This document shows positions 1 to 9,900 of a stretch of DNA of 36,321 bases, in pieces. The notes beneath the pieces were generated by a model. It was given only the letters and a program-made list of their open reading frames with translations. It did no database searches and had not been told where the DNA came from. The stretch covers positions 1-36,321 of the forward strand of contig JBBQXJ010000045.1 in the NCBI GenBank assembly GCA_038209745.1, in the 5' to 3' direction. How positions within the stretch are numbered: position 1 is the stretch's first letter; every line of letters starts with the position of its first letter. Source of the DNA: Verrucomicrobiota bacterium. GTDB lineage: Bacteria > Verrucomicrobiota > Verrucomicrobiia > Limisphaerales > CANJSG01. Made by a program: the position numbers and the translations under genes.

Positions 1-342
1 CCGTGCAAGGCAATGGACCAGAAGGCGGCTGCCCAGTCCACGCCGTTGATGGTCCGGGTGAAGGTAGAGCCTGTGGAGTTTGAAGACCCCGGCGGACTCA
101 GTTGGTCCACAGGCCGCGAAACCGACGAGCTTGTCCCGAACCAACAAACGGTCGTAATGGACCCCCTTGTCCTTCATCTCCATCCGCATCTCCGGAACAG
201 AATACATCCACTCCAGCATGTATTCGATCTGCGCCGTTGAAATGATCCCCGGATAGTGGGACCGCCAGACGACGGCCGCGAGGGTGGCGATCGCAGGAAA
301 ATCCTCCGGACGCGCCTCCTTGATGGACGCGTCCGGCGACAA
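1..342 (-). CDS. GNAT family N-acetyltransferase (3' end runs off the window; absent from the ORF track)
   Basis: Manual translation from TTG at 342: SPDASIKEARPEDFPAIATLAAVVWRSHYPGIISTAQIEYML...KLVGFA...KLHRLYLHPDHQRRGLGSRLL, containing the acetyl-CoA motif A (QRRGLG). Lies 8 bp downstream of the gpx stop. Confidence 0.88.
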   Translation of the reverse strand, partial: MSPDASIKEARPEDFPAIATLAAVVWRSHYPGIISTAQIEYMLEWMYSVPEMRMEMKDKGVHYDRLLVRDKLVGFAACGPTESAGVFKLHRLYLHPDHQRRGLGSRLLVHCLAR

Positions 343-350
343 CGGGAGGC

Positions 351-905
351 TCACTTCTTCGCAAGCGCGGCTTCAACGGCTTTGGTCATCTCTTCCGATT
401 CGGGGGTCACCTTGGAGTCGAAGCGCTGGAGAACCTGCCCGTCGCGGCCGACGAGGAACTTGTTGAAGTTCCAGGAGATGTTGCCGGGGAACTTCGCGTC
501 TTCACCGGCCAACGCCGTGTAGAGCGGATGCCGGCCGGCACCATTCACCTCCAGCTTGTCGAACATCGGAAAGGTGACGTTGAACTTCGAGGTGCAGAAC
601 TCCTTGATGTCGGCGTTGGAACCCGGCTCCTGACCTCCGAACTGGTTGCACGGAAACCCGAGGACCACGAAACCTTGGTCTTTGTATTTCTTATAGACCG
701 CCTCGAGCCCGGTGTATTGCGTCGTGTAGCCGCACTTGGAGGCGACGTTGACGATGAGAACCGCCTTCCCGGCATAGGCTTTCAGCGAGGTGTCCTTGCC
801 GTCGATGTCCTTCAGCGGAATGTCGGCCAATGTCGCCGCCCGTGCGCTGGTGGTCAAACAGAGAAAGAGCGCCACCACGATGGAGCTGAACAAGAGGTAT
901 TTCAT
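351..905 (-). CDS. Glutathione peroxidase family protein (Cys type) with N-terminal signal peptide
   Basis: Motifs NVASKCG, GFPCNQFGGQEPG, WNFNKFLV; hydrophobic N-terminus ending ARA; catalytic codon is TGC. Confidence 0.95.
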   Translation of the reverse strand: MKYLLFSSIVVALFLCLTTSARAATLADIPLKDIDGKDTSLKAYAGKAVLIVNVASKCGYTTQYTGLEAVYKKYKDQGFVVLGFPCNQFGGQEPGSNADIKEFCTSKFNVTFPMFDKLEVNGAGRHPLYTALAGEDAKFPGNISWNFNKFLVGRDGQVLQRFDSKVTPESEEMTKAVEAALAKK

Positions 906-907
906 GA

Positions 908-2110
908 TTACGAAGAGTTGGACGTGTCTGCGCGATTGTCAAATGGGCCCAACGACCCTAAAGGCGTCTTTCGATTGGGTTCCGCCACTCCCAGGTCTGG
1001 TCGACCACAGCGCCGCATCTGCACCAGCACCCGAAACGGCCGGCCCAGGTGTTCCGGGTGTGTCAGGGTCTTGAACTGGCCGACTTGGGAGGACGTCCAT
1101 TGGATCCAGTTCGGGTCCGACCAGAGCAGGCCCGCCACCCCCGTCAAAAATGTCGCTTGGGATTCGCAGCCCACCGTCCCCAATCCCTCCGCTTCTCCCG
1201 CCTGTTGGCAGGCGGTAAAATTTACGTGGGCGGTCAGGTCCTGTTGCCCTGGCTGGCCCAAGAGATCGCCGCCAACCCGATGTCGATTGTACGCGCGCAA
1301 AGTGCCTTCGGCTCGCTGTGGGTTGTAGAACTCTCTGGATGCCATTCCATAGTCGAAAGCCAGCAACCAGCCTTTGTTCAGCGCTCGGGATGCCTCTGTC
1401 CACCAATTTTTCGCCGTCGAATGGACCTCTGTGCGGAATCCGTCCGGCAGCACTTCCGCAAGTTCGGCCGGAATCAAGAGGTGCGGATCTGCCAGCGCTT
1501 CAGCGGCCGCTTCCTCCGACAACCGGACCCAGCCGAAGGATTCCCCCACTTCTTCCACACCCCATTCAAACCAAGTCCTCCGATCCCGGTCCCACCCCAT
1601 CCGATGGACCGGCAGCGAATCCAGCAGTTCGTTGCTGAAAATCACCCCTTGCACGCTCCCCAAAGCCTCCAACGATTCCACCCAGCGAACTTCCAGCCCG
1701 CCGACTCCCGCCAAGGTCGCCTCCTGCCATTCTCGTCGACGCGGCGACGATTCGACCAGAACCAGCTCGACCGGCCGTCCTCCCGGAAGCGTCACCCAGG
1801 CCCGCGCGATGTCCGCCGCCAAACGGCCGTCATTGGCGCCCACTTCGACCAATTGCAGCACGGGCGCCTCGGCGGTGGACAGTTCCGCCTCCAGTTCGGA
1901 CAACCATTCGCGGAACTGCCAGGCGAGCAGTTCGCCAAAGAGCGGCCCCACTGAAACGCTGGTGTAGAAGTCGCCGCTTCGACCCACCCGGCCCATCTTT
2001 TCGTAATAACCTTCGCTCGGGGCGTAAAGGGCCAATGCCATGAAGTCGAAGAAAGAGATGGGTCCGTGTGTGCGGATCGCGTTCCGGATGATGTCGGTGA
2101 GGCGGTTCAC
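908..2110 (-). CDS. SAM-dependent methyltransferase, MidA/NDUFAF7 family
   Basis: GPISFFDFMALALY, GDFYTS, EVGANDGRLA, SNELLDSLP, DYG, QDLTAHVNF motifs. Start moved to GTG 2110 to avoid overlap with pilT. Confidence 0.9.
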   Translation of the reverse strand: MNRLTDIIRNAIRTHGPISFFDFMALALYAPSEGYYEKMGRVGRSGDFYTSVSVGPLFGELLAWQFREWLSELEAELSTAEAPVLQLVEVGANDGRLAADIARAWVTLPGGRPVELVLVESSPRRREWQEATLAGVGGLEVRWVESLEALGSVQGVIFSNELLDSLPVHRMGWDRDRRTWFEWGVEEVGESFGWVRLSEEAAAEALADPHLLIPAELAEVLPDGFRTEVHSTAKNWWTEASRALNKGWLLAFDYGMASREFYNPQRAEGTLRAYNRHRVGGDLLGQPGQQDLTAHVNFTACQQAGEAEGLGTVGCESQATFLTGVAGLLWSDPNWIQWTSSQVGQFKTLTHPEHLGRPFRVLVQMRRCGRPDLGVAEPNRKTPLGSLGPFDNRADTSNSS

Positions 2111-2165
2111 TGGCTTGGCTCGTGCTCGTTCACGGTCATAAGAACGGAACATAAACCAGGAATCT

Positions 2166-3263
2166 ATGGCCAAAATCGATGCGTTTTTTCACCTGATGTT
2201 TGAGCAGAAGGCGTCCGACCTTCATCTCTCGTCGGGCAACCCGCCCATTCTCCGCATCAACGGCGAACTCAACCGGGTGGACTACCCACCCCTCGAAAAC
2301 GACTCGCTGAAGGCGATGCTCTACGAGATCGCCCCGGAATATAAGATCAAGGTCTTCGAGGAAACGGGCGACGTGGACTTCGGCTACGAGATCCCGAACG
2401 TCTCCCGCTTCCGCGCCAATTTCTTCAACCAGAAGGCCGGCGTTGCGGCGGTCTTCCGCCAGATTCCGTCCAAGGTTCTTTCCTTCGAGGATTTCGAGAA
2501 GTTCGACGCCCCGCTGCCGGCAGTGTTGAAGAAGTTCGCCATGCTGCACAAGGGCCTGGTTGTCGTCACCGGGCCCACCGGCTCGGGCAAATCCACCACG
2601 CTCGCCGCGATGGTCGACTACGCGAACAAGAACCGCCGCGACCACATCATCACGGTGGAGGATCCGATCGAGTTCGTGCATGAGAGCAAGAGCGCGCTCG
2701 TGAACCACCGCGAAGTCGGCATGCACACCAAGTCCTTCGCCTCCGCGCTCCGAGGCGCTCTGCGCGAAGACCCGGACATCGTTCTCGTCGGCGAGTTGCG
2801 CGACTTGGAGACCATCGAACTGGCGCTCACCGCGGCCAGCACCGGCCATTTGGTGTTCGGAACCCTCCACACCCAGAGCGCCGCCAAGACCGTGGACCGT
2901 ATCATCGACGTCTTCCCCGGCGACCAGCAGAACAAGATCCGGGCGACCCTGTCCGAGTCGTTGAAGGGCGTCGTCGCCCAGAACCTTTTCAAACGCATCG
3001 ACAAGAAGGGCCGTGTCGCCGCGCTCGAGGTCCTCGTCTTCACCAACGCGGTCGCGAACCTCGTCCGCGAAGGCAAGACCCACCAGATCCCAGGCATGAT
3101 CCAGATCGGCAAGAAGCTCGGGAACATGCCTCTGGACGACGCCATCATGGAACACGTGCGGATGAAGCGGATCTCGCCGGAGGAGGCCTACGACAAGTGC
3201 CTGGACAAGAAAAAATTCAGACCGTTCCTCGCGCATCCGCCCGAAGACGACGACGGCATGTAG
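2166..3263 (+). CDS. pilT: Type IV pilus retraction ATPase PilT
   Basis: ASDLHL, Walker A GPTGSGKST, TVEDPIE, ALREDPDIVLVGELRD, His box TGHLVFGTLHT, NLVREGK (AIRNLIRE-like). Confidence 0.95.
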   Translation: MAKIDAFFHLMFEQKASDLHLSSGNPPILRINGELNRVDYPPLENDSLKAMLYEIAPEYKIKVFEETGDVDFGYEIPNVSRFRANFFNQKAGVAAVFRQIPSKVLSFEDFEKFDAPLPAVLKKFAMLHKGLVVVTGPTGSGKSTTLAAMVDYANKNRRDHIITVEDPIEFVHESKSALVNHREVGMHTKSFASALRGALREDPDIVLVGELRDLETIELALTAASTGHLVFGTLHTQSAAKTVDRIIDVFPGDQQNKIRATLSESLKGVVAQNLFKRIDKKGRVAALEVLVFTNAVANLVREGKTHQIPGMIQIGKKLGNMPLDDAIMEHVRMKRISPEEAYDKCLDKKKFRPFLAHPPEDDDGM

Positions 3264-3306
3264 CCGCCGCGTCCATCCCGTAAACCGCGAACCAACCCGA
3301 TCTCCC

Positions 3307-4566
3307 ATGCGCAAGCCGGAACTCGACTACATCCTCACCACGATGCTGGACTACACGCCCATGCTGGACGGCGCCACGGTGCTGGACTCCCGCAAGGACG
3401 TGTCGGATCTGAACTTCACCGTCGATAAGTCTCTCCAGGTCGAATACTCGGGGGAACTCGTCGCCGTGCAGTGCAACCCGCCGATCGAGACCCTCACGCC
3501 CTATCAGACCGAGATGATCGCGTTGAACCTCATCAACGGCAGCCCCCGCCTTACCGAGGACCTCGTCAACACCGGCTCCTGCGACGCCTCCTACTCGCTC
3601 GAAGACCAGGCCCGTTTCCGCGTGAACGTCTTCTCCCAGCGCGGCAACTACTCCGTCGTGCTCCGAAAGCTCAACACCGTCATCCCCAGCATCTCGGACC
3701 TGAGTCTCCCACCGGCCTTCGCGAACATGGCGAAGGAGAAGACCGGGTTGATCCTCGTCACCGGGGCCACCGGCTCCGGCAAGTCGACCACCTTGGCCGC
3801 GTTGTTGAACGAGATCAACGAGACCAAATCAATCCACATCATCACGCTGGAGGATCCCGTCGAGTTCGTGCATCCGCAGAAGAAGGCGACCTTCAACCAA
3901 CGGGAAATGGGCAATGACTTCAACACCTTCGCCACCGGCCTCCGCGCCGCGCTCCGCCAGGCACCGAAGGTCATCCTCGTGGGCGAAATGCGCGACCGCG
4001 AGACCGTCGAGATCGGCCTCAGCGCCGCAGAAACGGGCCACCTGGTCCTCAGCACGCTGCATACGATCGACGCCGGCCAGACCATCAACCGCATACTCGG
4101 CATGTTCGAGACCGACGAGCAGCCGCAGATCCGCCTCCGCCTTGCGGACACCCTTCGCTGGATCGTCAGCCAGCGCCTCCCGCCCAAGATCGGCGGTGGC
4201 CGCCACGCCCTGCTGGAGATCATGGGCGCCAATCTCCGCATCAAGGAATCCATCCAGCAGGGTGAAGCCGAGGGAAAGACCTTCTACGACATCATCGAGG
4301 CCAGCCAGACCTACGGATGGCAGACCTTCGACCACGCCTGTCTGAAGGCCTTCGAAGCCGGCCTCATCACCGAAGACACGGCCATGCTCTACTGCAGCAA
4401 GAAGGGCGCGTTGAGCCGCGCCATCGACAACGTGAAGAAGATCCGTGGCGAATACATGCCGGGCCAGTCCGATCTGCGGATGCGGCCCATGGCCGAATCG
4501 TCCAAAGGGCGTCCCGCTGTCCCCGGTGCTCCCCCTCCCATTCCCGGCGGCCTCAAAATCAAGTAA
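3307..4566 (+). CDS. Second PilT/PilU-family ATPase
   Basis: GATGSGKST, TLEDPVE, ALRQAPKVILVGEMRD, ETGHLVLSTLHT; lacks the AIRNLIRE motif; Pro-rich tail. Confidence 0.92.
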   Translation: MRKPELDYILTTMLDYTPMLDGATVLDSRKDVSDLNFTVDKSLQVEYSGELVAVQCNPPIETLTPYQTEMIALNLINGSPRLTEDLVNTGSCDASYSLEDQARFRVNVFSQRGNYSVVLRKLNTVIPSISDLSLPPAFANMAKEKTGLILVTGATGSGKSTTLAALLNEINETKSIHIITLEDPVEFVHPQKKATFNQREMGNDFNTFATGLRAALRQAPKVILVGEMRDRETVEIGLSAAETGHLVLSTLHTIDAGQTINRILGMFETDEQPQIRLRLADTLRWIVSQRLPPKIGGGRHALLEIMGANLRIKESIQQGEAEGKTFYDIIEASQTYGWQTFDHACLKAFEAGLITEDTAMLYCSKKGALSRAIDNVKKIRGEYMPGQSDLRMRPMAESSKGRPAVPGAPPPIPGGLKIK

Positions 4567-4569
4567 CCC

Positions 4570-5031
4570 ATGTCACAAGCTTTCGAATTCCTCGCCGCCG
4601 CCGACCGGCCCGCGCTCATCGCCATCAACACGCCGGAATGGCGCGATCTGACCATCGGCGCCCTCTCTGAACTCGGCTACAAGATCCATGTCTCCGAAGG
4701 CTTCGGCGACTTCGCCTCCCGCTTCAACGCCACGCCCTACCAGGTCGTGGTCATCGATGAGACCTTCGAAGGGTTTCCGCCCCACGAAAATCCGACCGTC
4801 CAGTTCGCCCAACGGCTCCCCATGCCGCAGCGGCGCCATGCCGTCTTCTTCCTGATCGGCGACATCTTCGCCACTCTCAGCGGCATCCAGGCGTATCAAC
4901 AGAGCGTCCATGCCGTGGTGAACTATTCGGAAATGCCCCTCATCGGCCAGGTCGTGGAGAAGGTCGTCGCCGAAAACGACGCCATTTACGCAGTCTATCG
5001 CGAAATGCAGCGTCGGGTCGTCAAGTCGTAG
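4570..5031 (+). CDS. Hypothetical protein, receiver (CheY)-like fold, in an operon with the pilT pair
   Basis: 3 bp after the preceding stop; LSELGYKIH..., YQVVVIDETF resemble a degenerate receiver domain; gene-like codon usage. Confidence 0.7.
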   Translation: MSQAFEFLAAADRPALIAINTPEWRDLTIGALSELGYKIHVSEGFGDFASRFNATPYQVVVIDETFEGFPPHENPTVQFAQRLPMPQRRHAVFFLIGDIFATLSGIQAYQQSVHAVVNYSEMPLIGQVVEKVVAENDAIYAVYREMQRRVVKS

Positions 5032-5086
5032 CCCGGTTCTTCGACCTGCGGAGAACCAGGTCCGTCGATAAGCACGACCGACCCGG

Positions 5087-5551
5087 TTACTTCGGCGCAC
5101 CAACCTTCAACCGGCCTTCGTCCAGATCGATGAATTCGAACATCGTCTGCACCGTTCCGGGAGGCAGCCCGATCTCGGCGAGCCGTTCGTCCAAGCGCTG
5201 CGTGCCGGCATCGCGCCATCCGCGTTTGGTCATGAACCCGTTCCAGATCTCGATCTCGTCCTCGCTCGGCTTGCGTCCGTTTTGGAAGGCCCACGCCAGC
5301 AGTTCTTCGTCCGTCCGGCCCTTGAGTGTTTCGGCTTCCATCTTCGCGTAGTCGATCTGGAGGAAACGGCAGCAACGGTCGTCGAAGCTGTTCTTCATCG
5401 CCGCGCCGCGCGGTCCGTGCCAGTCCTCGGGCAGCTTCCCGGCCGCGAAGAGCCGGATCTTGTCCAGCATCCGGCCGAAATAGACGAGGCCGTTGACCTG
5501 GGCGAACGGGCTGCGAAGTCCTGGAATGATCGTCGGATAGGAATTGGCCAT
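5087..5551 (-). CDS. DUF5069 domain protein
   Basis: LRSP...GLVYFGRMLDKIRL...GKLP...DDRCCRFL...FEFIDLDEGR pattern; ATG at 5551 chosen. Confidence 0.85.
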   Translation of the reverse strand: MANSYPTIIPGLRSPFAQVNGLVYFGRMLDKIRLFAAGKLPEDWHGPRGAAMKNSFDDRCCRFLQIDYAKMEAETLKGRTDEELLAWAFQNGRKPSEDEIEIWNGFMTKRGWRDAGTQRLDERLAEIGLPPGTVQTMFEFIDLDEGRLKVGAPK

Positions 5552-5714
5552 TCCCCAATCGATCACCCGCCGATCGGCTTGGCAATCCGGACATCAGGAC
5601 GTTCGCGGACGGCTTCGGTCTGTTATGCCGCTTCCCCTCCGGCTATGACGGCCCGGCTTTCCAAATCCGCGCTTGCCGCTGCTGCGGTCTTCCGGAAGCT
5701 AGTCGACATCCCCC

Positions 5715-7505
5715 ATGCAACCACGCTCCAGCTTGACGCTGCTCCTCTTCTTCGTGTCCTTCACCGCGGTCGGGGCGACCCATGATTTCCGCCACGGTCA
5801 GCCCGCACAGGCGCTGCGCCCCGCTTTGGACTATGTGCCGGATCTCGCCGGACTCGCACAACCGCAGACCAGCGAACTGGGTGAGCTGGTCGAACGGTTC
5901 ACCCAGGACGTCCGAGTGCTGGAATCCTTCTATTCGGTGCCCGGCTCCGCGTTGAGGCGCGCCCGGCTGCGGGAGGTCGATTCGGCTTGGCAGACCCGGC
6001 TCGCCGCGATGCCCTATGACTCGCTCGGCGTCGCGGGTCGCATCGACTGGCATCTGCTGCAAAACCATCTGCGCTACGAGATCGGCCTGCTCGACCGTGA
6101 GGAAAAGCTGCAGTCCGAGATGGCCCCCATCATTGGCTTCGCCGAGGCGATCGCCAGTTTGCAGGCAGCACGCCGGCGGTTCGAGCCGGTGGATCCCCGT
6201 TCGGCGGCGGGCACCCTGGCAAAGATCCGCGAAGACCTCGCCACGGCGCGGAAGACCCTGGAGAAGGCCGAGGAAAAGCCCGGAAAGATCTTTGCCCGGC
6301 GCGCCGCCAAGCAGCTCGACGATCTCGGCAAAAGCCTCGAAAACTGGTTCAAGCACTACGACGGCTACGATCCCGAATTCGGCTGGTGGACGCGTAAGCC
6401 CTTTAAAGAGCTCACCGCCGCGATGGACGACTACGCAAAGTATCTCCGCGAGAAGATCGTCGGAGTGAAGGCGGGCGAGGACGAACCCATCGTCGGCGAT
6501 CCGATCGGCGCCGACGGGCTCAAGCTGGATCTCGCACACGAGATGATCCCCTACACCCCGGAGGAGCTGATCGCGATCGCCGAGAAGGAGTTCGCCTGGT
6601 GCGAAACGGAGTGGCGCAAGGTCTCGCAGCAGCTCGGTCTTGGCGACGACTGGAGAGCCGCGCTCGAACTGGCCAAACAGGACCACGTCGCCCCCGGCGA
6701 GCAACCGGCCTTCATCGCCGACCAGGCCTACGAGGCCATCGATTTCCTCCAGAAGCGCGATCTGCTGACCATTCCCCCATTGGCCATCGACGACTGGACC
6801 ATGACCATGATGTCAGCCGAGCGGCAGAAGACGTCGCCGTTCTTCCTCGGCGGCGACCAGATCATCGTCTCGTTCCCGACGGACACGATGGAACACGCGG
6901 ACAAGCTCGCCAGCCTGCGGGGGAACAACCGGCACTTCTGCCACGCCACGGTCTTCCACGAACTGATCCCAGGGCATCATTTGCAGCAGTGGTATGGCAA
7001 CCGTTTCAACCAGCACCGCCGCCTCTTCTCCACTCCTTTCTGGGTCGAAGGCTGGGCCCTGTGGTGGGAATTCCACCTCTGGGATCTAGGCTATCAGCAG
7101 ACTCCCCTCGACAAGGCCGGCGCCCTTTTCTGGCGTTCCCACCGGTGCGCCCGGATCATCTTCTCGTTGAACTTCCACCTCGGCCGCTGGACCCCGGAGC
7201 AGTGCATCGACTTCCTCGTCGAACGCGTCGGCCACGACCGGCAGACGGCGACGGGCGAAGTCCGGCGGTCGTTCAACGGCGACTATTCGCCGCTCTACCA
7301 AGTGGGCTACATGATGGGCGCCATCCAATTGCGGACGCTCCATTCCGACTTTGTGGACTCCGGTCGGATGACGGAAAAAGCCTTCCACGACCACATCCTG
7401 AAGGACGGCCCCATGCCCATCGAGATGGTGCGCGCGAGTCTCGGAGACGTGAAGCTTCGGCAGGACTATCGATCATCCTGGAAATTCGTCGGCGAGAAGC
7501 CGTGA
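5715..7505 (+). CDS. DUF885 family secreted protein (putative metallopeptidase-like)
   Basis: Signal peptide; HELIPGHHLQ, FWVEGWALWWE, YQVGYMMG motifs. Confidence 0.9.
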   Translation: MQPRSSLTLLLFFVSFTAVGATHDFRHGQPAQALRPALDYVPDLAGLAQPQTSELGELVERFTQDVRVLESFYSVPGSALRRARLREVDSAWQTRLAAMPYDSLGVAGRIDWHLLQNHLRYEIGLLDREEKLQSEMAPIIGFAEAIASLQAARRRFEPVDPRSAAGTLAKIREDLATARKTLEKAEEKPGKIFARRAAKQLDDLGKSLENWFKHYDGYDPEFGWWTRKPFKELTAAMDDYAKYLREKIVGVKAGEDEPIVGDPIGADGLKLDLAHEMIPYTPEELIAIAEKEFAWCETEWRKVSQQLGLGDDWRAALELAKQDHVAPGEQPAFIADQAYEAIDFLQKRDLLTIPPLAIDDWTMTMMSAERQKTSPFFLGGDQIIVSFPTDTMEHADKLASLRGNNRHFCHATVFHELIPGHHLQQWYGNRFNQHRRLFSTPFWVEGWALWWEFHLWDLGYQQTPLDKAGALFWRSHRCARIIFSLNFHLGRWTPEQCIDFLVERVGHDRQTATGEVRRSFNGDYSPLYQVGYMMGAIQLRTLHSDFVDSGRMTEKAFHDHILKDGPMPIEMVRASLGDVKLRQDYRSSWKFVGEKP

Positions 7506-7545
7506 CGACGAATCGTCCTCGACCGACTCCGATCGACTTTGGCTG

Positions 7546-8715
7546 CTACACACGGAGGAAGATCTTTCGGTTGAAGAGAAACCGGCAGATCAAGAAGGAG
7601 AAACCGAGCGCCAGGAGGGACGTCACCAACGCGCCCAGACCCTGGTGCACATTCTCCAGGCCCGACTGGATTTCGCCGCCAACGAAACCCTTGGCGATGG
7701 CTTCCAGTTCAACGAAGTGGGCGAGCAGATAGATGGTGATGGCGTTCATCCCGATCCAGACAAAAGGCCGGCACCAGTCCCGGTGGTTCTTGACGTCGAT
7801 CACGTGGTAGAAGAGCGCAAGCAGCAGCGCGCTGAGGCCGGCGGTGAAGAGGACGAAAGACGAACTCCAGATCTTCTTGATGATCGGGAACTGGAGGTTC
7901 CACAGGAGGCCGGCCGCCACCCCGGCGCATCCGCACATCACCAGCAGCCGAACTTTTCGGGCCGGCTCCACCGAAGGATTCCTGATCAGCAGCCCGGCAA
8001 ACACCCCGAGCAAGGTCGTCGCGATCGCCGGCAGCGTGCTGAGAATTCCCTCCGGATCATGGTCGCCGTCCCATTTCCGAAACGGCAGATACATCTTGTC
8101 GATCCAGTTGGTGAGATTGTGGCCCTCGCTGAAGTCCCCCGCCCCGAATCCGGGAACGGGAATGAAAGTGAGCATCGCCCAGTAGCCGACCAGCAGCGAA
8201 ATCGTGAGCGCAACCAGTTGACGGGGGCTCATCCAGACGAACGCCAGGCCCGCCCCGCAGAAACACAGCGCCAACCTCTGGAGCACTCCCAGGAGCCGGA
8301 CATGTTCGATGCCTCCGCCGATTCCCCCATAAGTGAGGACGCCCAGCGCGTAGAGGATCAAACTGCGCTTGATGATCTTGATCGACGCCTTCGACCTGCC
8401 CTCGGTCGCCACGGACTTGGTGAGGGAAAAGACCAGCGAAACTCCAATGATGAAGGCGAAGAGCGGGAAGATCAGATCGTAGAAATGAAACCCGGCCCAA
8501 GGCGCATGTTGCAGCCGGTCGTTCAGGGTCGGAGACATCGGGAACATCTTGGACAGCGCCGAGATGACCTCCTCAACCCCGACGATGAAGAACATGTCCA
8601 TCCCCCGGAGCGCGTCGATCGACATCACCCGCTGTGTTGGAGTCGATGAAACGGATCGTGAAATTTCGGGCAACTGGGTCACCCGATCAGGCGTGCGCGA
8701 AGAATTAGTGGACAC
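7546..8715 (-). CDS. Heparan-alpha-glucosaminide N-acetyltransferase-like membrane acyltransferase (DUF5009/DUF1624)
   Basis: RVMSIDALRG, H.PW.G...DLIFPLF.FIIGVS, GVLQRLAL, DPEGILSTLPAI, PIIKKIWSSSFVL, GMNAI; multiple TM segments. Confidence 0.9.
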   Translation of the reverse strand: MSTNSSRTPDRVTQLPEISRSVSSTPTQRVMSIDALRGMDMFFIVGVEEVISALSKMFPMSPTLNDRLQHAPWAGFHFYDLIFPLFAFIIGVSLVFSLTKSVATEGRSKASIKIIKRSLILYALGVLTYGGIGGGIEHVRLLGVLQRLALCFCGAGLAFVWMSPRQLVALTISLLVGYWAMLTFIPVPGFGAGDFSEGHNLTNWIDKMYLPFRKWDGDHDPEGILSTLPAIATTLLGVFAGLLIRNPSVEPARKVRLLVMCGCAGVAAGLLWNLQFPIIKKIWSSSFVLFTAGLSALLLALFYHVIDVKNHRDWCRPFVWIGMNAITIYLLAHFVELEAIAKGFVGGEIQSGLENVHQGLGALVTSLLALGFSFLICRFLFNRKIFLRV

Positions 8716-8883
8716 ACGCGGAATTTGCAGCCCCGGGTCCGGGGTTCAATGGCAAACTGCGCCGCCCCGGTGACCGGCCGGACGTATTCTTCATTCCCGA
8801 AGCCAAGGCTTTCTTGCGGGAAGTCTCAACCGTAAGCAAGGTGCCGCCCCAGATCCACCCCAACACCCCAACACCTCGTCGCC

Positions 8884-9900
8884 ATGTCCCAGCAAGCCGC
8901 TCCTCCCAGCCCGCAGCTCTTCTTTGAAACGATCACCGCCTTCCAAAAAACGGCGGCGTTGAAGGCCGCGATCGATCTCGGCCTTTTCACCGCCATCGGC
9001 GCCAAGCCGGCCACCGGGGCGGAGATCGCCGAGCGATGCAAGTGTCCCGAGCGGGGCATCCGCATCCTGGCCGACAATCTGACGATCGTCGGCTTCCTCA
9101 CCAAGGACGGGAAAAGCTACGCTCTCACGCCGTCGTCCGCCGTGTTCCTGGACCGGAAATCGCCGGCCTACATGGGCGACGCCGCGAAGTTTCTGCTCTC
9201 CCCTGCCGCGTCGGAGGCTTTCACGGATCTTGCTTCGACGGTCCGCCTAGGACGCCTTCACTCCACGGAACACGGCACCACCGCACCGGATCATCCGGCG
9301 TGGGTGGAATTCGCCCGCGCCATGGGACCAATGATGGGACCGGCCGCGAAGGGAGCCGCAGCTCTCGTGCCTCTGGACGTCACCCGCGACACCCGCATCC
9401 TCGACATCTCCGCCAGTCATGGCGCCTACGGCATCGCCTTCGCCCACCTGAGCCCACGCGCCCACCTCGTCGCGCTCGACTGGGAGTCGGTGCTCGCGAT
9501 CACGGAGGAGAACGCCACCGCCGCAGGTCTTGCGGGCCGCTTCAGCAAGATCGTGGGCGACGCCTTCAAGGTGGATCTCGGACGCGACTACGACGTCGTG
9601 CTGGTGCCGAATTTCCTGCACCACTTCAACTGCGGCGAGTGCACCCGCTTCCTCGGCAGCGTCCACGCCGCGCTGCGCCCCGGGGGGCAGGTGATAATCG
9701 TCGAGTTCGTGCCGAACGAAGACCGCATCACCCCTCCGGAGCCGGCGACCTTCAGTCTAGTGATGCTCGGCACCACTCCGGAAGGCGACGCCTACACCTT
9801 CGCAGAATATACACGGATGCTCACCGCTGCCGGCTTCCGCGGCGCCCAGTTGTATCCGTTGCCCCCGACCGCCCAAAGCGCCGTGATCGCGACCGCCTAG
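8884..9900 (+). CDS. Class I SAM-dependent O-methyltransferase with dimerisation domain
   Basis: ALKAAIDLGLF winged-helix N-terminus; ILDISASHG, GDAF, NFLHHF, ALRPGG. Confidence 0.9.
   Translation: MSQQAAPPSPQLFFETITAFQKTAALKAAIDLGLFTAIGAKPATGAEIAERCKCPERGIRILADNLTIVGFLTKDGKSYALTPSSAVFLDRKSPAYMGDAAKFLLSPAASEAFTDLASTVRLGRLHSTEHGTTAPDHPAWVEFARAMGPMMGPAAKGAAALVPLDVTRDTRILDISASHGAYGIAFAHLSPRAHLVALDWESVLAITEENATAAGLAGRFSKIVGDAFKVDLGRDYDVVLVPNFLHHFNCGECTRFLGSVHAALRPGGQVIIVEFVPNEDRITPPEPATFSLVMLGTTPEGDAYTFAEYTRMLTAAGFRGAQLYPLPPTAQSAVIATA

Noticed and set aside
732..734. Selenocysteine glutathione peroxidase
   Set aside because: The catalytic codon is TGC (Cys), not TGA.
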